In this document: positions 54,901-64,000 of the stretch, in pieces
Numbering within the stretch: position 1 is the first letter of the stretch
Layout of the letters: each line of letters opens with the position of its first letter
Source of the DNA: Tubiluchus corallicola
Taxonomy: Eukaryota; Animalia; Priapulida
Direction: 5' to 3'
NCBI GenBank assembly: GCA_030141605.1
Contig: JAQGDQ010000217.1
Coordinates: 62,001 to 126,000, forward strand
DNA: 64,000 nt
Made by a program: the position numbers and the translations under genes
The notes under the pieces: model-generated
The model's database searches: none
The model's input: only the letters and a program-made list of their open reading frames with translations
What the model was told of the DNA's origin: nothing

Positions 54901-56077
54901 TTAGTTTACTGCACAATAAAATTCCATAAATTTGTTAAAGATGTGCCAGCTCTTAATGTGCTACAATTCTTGTCACTAAAGGACATCACTTGTTTTACAA
55001 GTAAATTGTGTGGCAAATATCCTTTGGCTGGGGGGGGGGGGAGTACAAAAACAAAAACTGAAAGAGTGATAATAGTACAGAACACTTTATTATATCAAAG
55101 TACTGCTGTATCAATAAACAAACTAAAGTGCGCTCAATATTTAGGGGGGCACTTTCGTGCAACTCAACCAGCCTCTAGTCTTGAGAGGTATGATTGCAGC
55201 GACTCAAAGAGATCTGTGTTAAACTCAAAATCCTCTAGTCCCACAAGCTTATCTTTTGAATAATAAATCAGTGGCACGTTCTTGGATCATCTTAACTCCT
55301 TCTGGACTGCACCATTTAAAATAGGTTTTATAAAACCTATGACTTTTCTGGTACTGTATGAGCACAGACACAACTAAATGATTACAAATTAGGTACTGTT
55401 TTATTCAGAAGAATCTCAGCAATCAAATCATGCTGTTTGTTTAAACATTTATAAGTGAGTTAATTGGATAAAATTAAGAAAAACACACCAGGCACTCCAA
55501 CTTAGCCTACTAAGTAGCTTAGTCTGGTGTACACTTGCATGATTTTACACACTATTTTATTGGTTGCCTGCTTGCTACAGCCCTAGCTCTACAGTGTTCT
55601 TCTGCTATTCCAGGAGAAACTAACCGATCAGCCATGGGAAAGTTAACGCTCGTTTCAAGTGGTCATGCTTTGGGCTTACCCACAAAACTTGAGCAATGCT
55701 GAAGTTAGTAAGTGTAAATGTTTTATGCTTTTTGAACTCCGGGTGCACAGGTAATGTGTATTAAAATAAATAAGTTGGTTTACAGACACAAATAGAATTG
55801 GATGATTCTAATAAAAGAAGCCTTTCTCAATTTAGAAGGTGACTCATTTAGTATCAATTGTGCCCCTGCATACCTCCAACATACTCTAAAAGCTGAAAGG
55901 AAACACTTGAGTACCACTTTACATCATGCTGTGTTAATGTGCAGAATCGCTAAAGCTGCTTTACTAGCCATTTGTGTTAAATAACTACTAGTGAGAGTAG
56001 AAGTGAACTTACCTGACATAGCCTTGCTCTTCGTCACTCTCATCAAAAACAACAAATTCATATGGTTCGTCAGCCAT
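48994..56077 (-). CDS. EAPP: E2F-associated phosphoprotein, 6 coding exons
   Basis: Phase-compatible exons 56077-56013, 53921-53761, 52506-52390, 51213-51068, 49805-49681, 49252-48994. Motifs: 'SSEDEIDIMLRGTPEQKR', 'YYDDLYFDSD', 'NDDLFYDPDLDDEDQKW', 'SDAVLNCPACMTMLCMDCQRHE.YKNQYRAMFVFNC', 'YHPVKCSVCQTEVAV.DKDEVYHFFNVLAS'. Confidence 0.95.
49927..49942. repeat. Poly-G run (a second run at about 55030-55041)
   Basis: Seen directly in EAPP introns. Confidence 0.85.
52862..53532. mobile_element. Non-autonomous DNA transposon with TTAA target-site duplication (Kolobok-like) in EAPP intron 2
   Basis: TTAA|AGCACAAGAAAA ... TTTTCTTGTCCT|TTAA: 12-bp terminal inverted repeat with one mismatch. Confidence 0.55.
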
Positions 56078-59000
56078 TATGCCTTCTTTCCGAAATCAGA
56101 AAGTACAATTAATTGGTTTCTACAAAATTCAAAATTGTTGATAAAAAATCTGAAATATTTTCTCTGTCACGTTCTGTTGCTCTAATTGTCTATTGCAGAT
56201 ATTTGGCCTCTATTTATTATTAGAATACTACACTGTTTCCTGCTTGTAGCTAAAGTTTTCCACTCCTGTGATGCTACTGAGTATTGTTGGGTTCGGTGTC
56301 GGCTGTAGTAAACCTTTAATCCTACCAATCTTAACCTCCTAATTCTAATTTTAGTGCTCCAAACTTTGTTTTTGTCTTCGTTATCCGAAATGTCATTATC
56401 AAAACATCAAATTTTCATTTCGTCTGTTGTACATATTTATGCATTAGTACTAGTGTATCCGACCTACTCTCATCTGCAGCTAACAGCGTAAGTTCGTCGC
56501 TCATAAGCTAGATTTCGTTCAAGTTGTTGAAAATATTTATTTATTTTAGCTGTCCAAGTTTGTGTTTGCTTTTCGGTTCACATCCAAAATATCAAGCGAT
56601 ACAAACTGTCTGTCGGAAATCTGGGTAGCAGGTACGCACAGCAAATGCTAGTCAATTCTATTCGAAAAGCTTATTTCAATCTAAAATCGTTGTTGCAAAG
56701 AGGAAGAATAGAGAAAAAACTACAATTGTCAGTAGACACTAGTCTCTACCAGTCTCACAACGTCTGATTCCCGCGAACTATTAATCTAATCATGTCCTAT
56801 TAACAATTTTTTAGTGAAGTAGCTATGCCTGCTATTTTATCATTTACGTGACGGCTGCATAGTTCTTGTTTTGCATAATCTTTGCTTTGCACACCCAGTT
56901 GCAAATACGGGTGAGCAACTGACCAAACTCTATCAGACCATAAACCGAACTTCAGTTTTTCGAATCGAAATGAGATTGAAAAATTTTCGAACCACTAGTA
57001 AAAATTAGTCTTGCAAAGATCATGCATATTACTCGATTTTATTCTGCAGTAAAATCACTAATAATTTGTTTAAAATTTGCACAGAAATTACAGCTAAATT
57101 ATGCTAATTGCATGACGTTTCAATCGTTTTAATGATGAAGAACGAAAGTGCTGAATTATTCGAATCTATAGTTTTAGGCTCGAATTGAATTCAAACATTC
57201 GATGCCACCCCTAGTAGCAAATTTGCACATAATGCAAAAAATCAATATAGAAAAGCCATTGCATATATAATTCATTTATTGCGTAGTCTGGACAGGCCTT
57301 ACCAAGTTTTTTGTAATACATAATTATGGAATGTTTGTGCGTTGATTTCAATTATTAAAGCTCAGTAAAAAATATCCGAAACCATAATTAAAAGTAATCA
57401 AACTCTTTAATGGTTTAAATATTATCATAACCTAACAGCAACATTAACGTTAAAATTCTGAATGCTATATGTTCTGAAATTACATTTATATGTACATGAA
57501 TGCCTATGTACCTAAACAGGAGTGAGTAGCCTAATAATAATTGAACCAAATATAGGGTAACTTAATCGTGTTATAAAACACAATTTTGATGAAAACAAAA
57601 CTAATTAATCGCGCCAATAACATTATCATCTCATCAATCTGATGCAGCAAATCAGCTGTTATTTGCTAAAGATGAAATTCAAAACTGCAGTAAACAATAA
57701 CTACACAACTGTAGTAATATACGCTGCATGCCACATAAAAAAATCTAGAGTAAATGTGTTTACAATTAATATATTTTTTATCAGCCTATGTAGCCTAATA
57801 AATGCAACATACAATGTCACACTACAAATAATGAAACATACAGGAAAATGAAATAGTCATAATGGAAAACACAATAAAAAAGTACAGAAAGTAACACTAA
57901 TACTGCCAACACATACCTGTCAAATAATAACTATAAAGGTGTATAAAACGGAACAGTGATAACCTTATATCTGCAATTTGCATTCATACATATGCAGTTC
58001 ACAGTAATCGTAAACAAAATCCCCATTAAATTTTACGGAAACTTTTCCTAGAATATTCGCATTTTTCTGCAACTGATTCTGTGTTAATTATTTCTAATAA
58101 TGACGTTTTCCCTGTGTTGAGTATTATTCTGGTAAACTTAAAAGTATGAACTAAAATAAAATATAAGAAGTTCGCTTCTACATTATTATTACAATAACTG
58201 TTATATCTTTGGCTTTAAACGGTAAACAAAAATATAAAAAATAAAAATAGTGTAACACATATGCAAAGTAATATATATATATATCCACATAACGAAATTA
58301 TTTGTTTAGTACTCCAGCCTGCGCTGCTTTGATTTTAAAGCTAACAACAAAACACAAAATGCTAAGTGCTAAACACTTTAATGCTAAACAGTGTAACAAA
58401 ATAATAATATATATAACTTGTAATATCTTCAAAAAATTAAATCCATAAAAAATAACTAAATATTTATTCAACTTTTAATTAAACTAGCTACTTAATACTA
58501 ACTATACTGACCTCTATAGATAACAGATCAACATGTCTTATGAAAACCACAAAAGATCATCACAATATATAAAACAAGTAACTATAATATGAACAATGAT
58601 TTACGGCAATATTGAACTTTGATTCACATTTAAAATAAAAGCAACAGAAGACAAAAGATCAAATTAACAATTATGGCCATGCACCTATTTAAGGCCTAAA
58701 GCACAGTCAAAGCACCACCATCCATCCATCATTTTGTTGATTATAAAGAAACAAACTTTAAAACAATGGCATGTATAATAAGCCACATAAATGAGTGAGA
58801 GTGTTAAAATGAAAAGCTTCGTCAAGTTTCTTGTGCATAACCACGTTTCACGATAAGGTTGATGGGCAATTAGTATAAGAAGCAGTGCTGTAAAAGCTTT
58901 AATTAGTTGCATAGGCTAAAAAACCTTAATTGTTGTTTGGTTGTTTATCACACATTAATTTATTTTTAACTTAAATAAAAGTTCGAAATTGCTATAAATT

Positions 59001-59117
59001 ATATTCATATTATAAAAGTTTGTTTTGGTACTTGATTCTCTTTTTTAGTATTCATTAGTATAATAATTATCTATAGATTTCATTATATTTCAACTGTACA
59101 CCTCCCATGGAATTGCA

Positions 59118-62100
59118 TTAAACTGGAGAAAAGGATTTTTCCAGATCAGACAGTGAGCTCCTGCTGGCTTCATCGTTTGCTGAAGGATCAAACAGTTTCC
59201 TACGAGAATTTGCATACTGAACGAAATTCCAAAAATCTGTCATATCCGGACTAGTCTCCAAACTCAATTCATCCTCGGGAGTTTGCTGTACTTGCTTGAG
59301 TGATACATCTAAAAATACAAACACAGAAAATGCCTAACACAAGCTACTTTAAAGGTCATAATTGACATACACTAATGATAATTTCAGTTATTATCAAAAC
59401 TATAAATAAAAAACTACAGCTTAAGAACATGACACAAGATTCATTACATCACATATGCACAAAATAGTAAAAATGCATAGTTAAACAAGCATCATAAGAA
59501 CCAATGTTCAGATAGTTACACACAAGCACACATGCACACACACATATATAGTTAATATGCATGGGCCAGGTAATTAGTAACTGCATAAACACTGTTTCTT
59601 ATAATGCATGTTTAACTATTGACAATTACACTATACAAATAAAGAACTACAACTTAAAAACACATCACAAGATTCAAGCCACAAAATTGTCTTTTTCGCT
59701 TTTTAGCAACAAGCATAGTCATATACGGAGGTATGAACCAACCAGTTGGTGGATAGTGACTATATAGTGTAATTGTCAATTATATTGTTCAATAAATCAA
59801 TGAACATCTATAGGCCATATTGAAGATCGTGCCATATAATTGCTCAATATCTCATATGTGTGGTGTTACGTGTGCACAATGGGAAAAAGCAATTATAATG
59901 TCCGTATGTATGCTCCCTAATGGTTAGGTATGATCATGAATTAACCTAACAGCTAATTAAGTGAAGGAGGAAGGCACTGAAAACATACGAATCAACCACG
60001 CTTCGAACTCAGCACCTGCAATATCAGATGACACGTTCTACCACTAGAGCTATCAGCTCAGGTAGCAGACAGGTATAAATTCTTATCTAGAATAAATCAG
60101 AAACACGTTTCCACAGTACGGTGAAATTAATTAATTAGTGTAGTTAGTTAATTGATTGATCATGTACTTGTATGAGAATTACAGAATTAGAGAACTAATC
60201 CTTGCAACTGAAAAAACGTTTGTTTCTTGCTTGTGGGGAATTAACGCTTCAAATGAATAAAATATCCACAATGTCTCTGCAAAAGATATGATTAGTGAAA
60301 CTGCATAAAACAAAATATACAATGGTTGTTGTATATATCATTATAATGCTTACCCTTTTCATGCTGCAAATAGTATTTTGATGCAGACCAGATGTTTGCC
60401 AGTGAGTGCCTTCTACAGTCGTCTATATTCGGAGTTTGTGGTTGTTTGGACATCTCCAGTGCTTGCCAGTCAGCAAGGTAATTTGGAGTTATAAATGGAG
60501 GCATCGTCATGTATGGAGGCATGAACCAACCAGTTGGTGGATAGTAGCTGAAGGCAGGATTGGTCACCGCGTATCTTGCGAAATCTGAATCTACCGCGAC
60601 AACTTCATCGTTCTTTGGGACAAAATATGTATTATAGTTACCATCAGGTTTAGTAGTGTAAGGCTCGTTAACAAACTGACCAGTCTGACGATTTGCACAT
60701 GAGGTATGTTCAACTTTAGCACTTTCATTTTGCTCTTGGTCAAAGACAGACAATTCAATAGGTGCACCAAGTTCCACACTGTGACAGTCGTAGCTAACAT
60801 TTGCCTCTCGACTGTTATCTGGCAGAGAATGAGGCGGTTGTTTAATGGAAAAACTAGTAGAAGCATGCCTCATTTGCTCTTGGCTGCTGCTGGTGAAACC
60901 ACTGATGGCGGGTTTTTTGTCACTCACTCTGATTGGTGGAAGCTTGTGCTCATTTATCGAAAGCACTAAATGATTTTCTTTTGCTGCTGGCTTTTTTGAT
61001 ATAGTGTAGTCCAACGGAAATTTCTGCTGAGTAGAGCCATGTAACTGGCAATAGTCTTTCCAGCAGATTGGTGTCTTTGACCCGTTTGTGATATCGTAAC
61101 CAATGATATCTGTTTGACAATGCTTTTTGTCAGCCATGTCATCAGATTCCTACAGGAAAGAAAAGCTTTGTTGCAAAAAATTGAAATCTAGAACTATGAA
61201 CTATGATCTAGAACTAGAGCTTAATATGTAACATGGAAATCTCTATAAGTGCTTGTTAAACACAAGGCACATCAGGCGGCTTTCCAATTCTGTAGTGAGC
61301 ACCTTTATCTTCATTAACAAGGAATCTGTTTGTTACTTAAATGAAAACTGTATTATCTTTGTACCAGTATAGGTACTCGTGTACTCGAGTGGACTCGTCC
61401 AAAATATCTTGAAAAGCTATTGGTGGCATACTGCAGTTTGCAGCAATGTTTGGTCAATTGTTTTAAAGGTGGCAGTACATACTAATTTTTGCAGCGTGGA
61501 ATCAAATTACTTTCTGTCAGGTCAGTAAATTCCTCTAGGCATGCTCACTTGCTAGGATTTACATTACAATTAGGAACAGTACAAGTTTAGTAGGATAGTG
61601 GTAATCTTGAATGACTGAAGGTAAAAGACATTTTCAGATCACCTAGCAGCTAAATAGCTGATCAGTTTACGTAGCTTGGAAAACTAGAACAGGCGATCAA
61701 AGTCATAATTTTTAATACAAACTGAAGTTCCTCACCTGAAGTTAGAGAAACCGATTTTGAAAAAATACTCACAAGCATGGAAAGGTGATTCAAGGCTTAG
61801 GGTTAAGGAACTATTGTTCATCTGGTAACAATAAAGCACCAGAAAAAAGCACCCCAAACTACGACAGAATTCAAAAGATGCTTAGCAAGGCGACACAAAA
61901 ATTTTCACTGCTTGCTTAAGAAAAAATCATTTACACAATGACTGGGAATTTATCGTCGTCACCATTAAGTCATTATTGTAAAATTGTATTATTGTATTAC
62001 ATAATATACATAACAAATTGAAACAAGTTTAGGCTTCTCTTTTGAAGTACGGGCGTTACCAAAAATGAAACGGAAAAATATTTAGTCTTAAAATGCAGTT

Positions 62101-62733
62101 TCTTAATGGCCATAACAGTTTGATCAATGAAATTTTTAACAGTGATTTAACTTTTTAATCTGTAAATAGTTTTATCGTAGTAATACTTTGTGTGAAAGTG
62201 TAATGCAGTGGTTTCTTTTGTACAGATGTAGCAGTTTTTTAATGTACATGTGTGTTGATACGGGTTTTTACTTGGATTAAAGTGCATCTTATCTCATCAT
62301 ATCTAGATAAATATCTAACAAAAACCCAAAAAAATTTACCATCAGTTGAACAAATAAGAAATTTCATTCCCAGAAAGAGAAAAAACCCAAAGATTTGTAA
62401 AACTGCTACCCTTAGTTAGAAATGTATCTGAAGTAAATATAAACGTAAGAATTAAGCGCTCACTGTAATAATGTAACACTGCCAAATAGAATTATGAGTT
62501 CATGTTACCAAAAACAACATGCATACCAAACTGCTTGATGTTTTAGTAGCTCTTTTATTCGCTGATGAGAATAATTTATTCGTTTTCGATGAAATCTTTT
62601 TCTCTGGCGTTTGTATTCTTTCAGTGGAACTTGGTTTTTGTCTGCTGGCTGTTGCGTTTTGCTTATCGAATGGCAACAACATCGATGGTCCAGTGTCCCG
62701 CTTATACCTACTCCTTCTGTTTTTGAACCATGT
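59118..62733 (-). CDS. K50 homeodomain transcription factor (PRD-class-like), 3' exons; exon(s) for homeodomain residues 1-46 not identified
   Basis: Exons 62733-62527 (TWFKNRRSRYKR..., homeodomain helix 3 with Lys50 after a phase-0 acceptor TTTTTCAG), 61149-60354 and 59308-59118 join in phase (0, then 1). The C-terminal region is long and Ser/Pro/Tyr-rich. Confidence 0.75.
59618..59780. repeat. 18-bp perfect inverted repeat enclosing a 45-nt copy of the upstream coding exon
   Basis: ATTGACAATTACACTATA (59618-59635) / TATAGTGTAATTGTCAAT (59763-59780); 59713-59757 matches 60501-60545 at 41 of 45 nt. Confidence 0.75.
59990..60059 (-). mobile_element. tRNA-derived SINE head or tRNA pseudogene
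   Basis: Minus strand GAGCTGATAGCTCTAGTGGTAGAACG...GAGTTCGAAGCGTGGTTGATT has Pol III A-box and B-box-like motifs but poor acceptor and anticodon pairing. Weaker tRNA-like remnants occur near 11645-11705 and 21300-21570. Confidence 0.5.
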
Positions 62734-64000
62734 CTGAAAAAATTAGGTGATTAATATTGTTCTCCTTTTTGTTAAATAATATGATATTTATTCAGTGTTT
62801 ACCATATGAGCTTATGGGCAATCAAATTATTGTAAACATCGTTTACAGTGGGGCTACTATGCATGCGTTTCTCTCTTTCACTTTTGACTGCTGTCCTGAT
62901 CAGTTCTCTGTTGCTGTTTGTGAATATGTGTAAAAACATTAATTTATATGTTTTATCGGTGTTAGGAGAGATATTATACAATTGCGGACATTTGTTAAAC
63001 CAGTGATCTCATAGGAAGAACCCATTCAAACTGTCAAGACATTTTCAGCAATTCTAGACAAATATTTTTAAAGTTGTAATATCTGGGGGCTTAAAATATG
63101 ACAACAAACAGAGAACGTATAAAGTGTGCATTTAATATAAGAGAGTTTCTAATGAAACAAAAGAAAATTTTGACTTTTAATACAATGTACTCTGCTTAAT
63201 AAATCAACCTTGGTGAGCAGACCTAACCAAGGTTTAAATACATTTAAAAAGTAGTTGGATTTGTAAACTGATGAAGCCTATTAAGTATTGTTTTCCATGT
63301 TACTATACTGAGTATTGTTTATTAAATGAAGCCAAGACTTTTAACACTCAGTAAACTGTTTGCAAAACGTTCTTAAGTAAAGTACAATAATTTATTAGCG
63401 TTCGTATAATTAAAGTAACTCACATAAAACACGTGACTTATCTATGATCTATTACGTTTTACATCTGATAACTTGATAGCCAAGTTAAAATTAGGCAGAT
63501 ATTAACGTTCTAGCAAACAACTGTTTACAGCAACAATTAGCATGTCAGTTTAATCTAATAATGTATGTAAAATGAGCAAGCAAGACCATAAAATGCTCGA
63601 GACATGTCCAGTGTGGTCTGTTTTAGCGAATTTTTTTCGAAAATGCATTTCGAGTTCGATGAAGTGTAGCATGTTTGAATAGTCACTGTTCTGCAGTCCA
63701 CAGTGCAGTGTTTCCAGGGCATCCCATTTCAGCAGTTTTCATACAGTAATTTCTGGTTTGTCGTTGTCGTCACCGCCATCTTGTTGTTCAGAATCATTAA
63801 GTGAAAAAATGCAAAGCTGTAAAACGTTTAGAATAAAGATGCTACTATGCTGGACAATTGTGTGGTCTGATGTTTCAATTCTCTAGGCTACGCAGCATGC
63901 AAGACGGATTCTTAAAGCGATGTTTGAGTTTAATAAATGGCGGATTTTACTAGGTTAAAGTATTACACAGTTCCACTCCAGCAATAGTGGCCATAAGCAG

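Noticed and set aside
63580-63960. Possible homeodomain N-terminal fragments ('HRTRNAFSKK' on minus; 'RRILKAMFEFNKW' on plus)
   Set aside because: Interrupted by stops or on the wrong strand; no phase-compatible exon could be built.
1-64000. Prokaryotic-type systems (CRISPR arrays, defence islands), rRNA or snRNA genes
   Set aside because: The sequence is spliceosomal-intron-containing eukaryotic DNA; no repeat-spacer arrays or recognisable rRNA/snRNA sequences were seen.

Overview
AT-rich, intron-containing eukaryotic (invertebrate metazoan) genomic DNA; most ORFs in the supplied track are spurious. Spliced genes I can reconstruct by eye: (1) a minus-strand SPOP/Roadkill-like MATH-BTB-BACK gene (exons 31724-30860 and 15577-15306, 15.3-kb intron). 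Its UGA stop is followed in frame by 267 more sense codons and by an 11-bp GC-rich stem starting 11 nt downstream, making it a strong programmed stop-codon-readthrough candidate and the most interesting item here. (2) MRPS5 (minus). (3) COX16 (plus), followed only 71 nt later by an intronless UPF0729/C18orf32 ORF, a probable bicistronic locus. (4) EAPP (minus). (5) The 3' part of a divergent K50 homeobox gene (minus, TWFKNRR). Also present are degenerate CR1-like LINE and Penelope-like remnants, Harbinger-type and TTAA-flanked non-autonomous DNA elements, a tRNA-derived SINE head and microsatellites. All calls come from manual translation and motif recognition; no database searches or folding programs were run.
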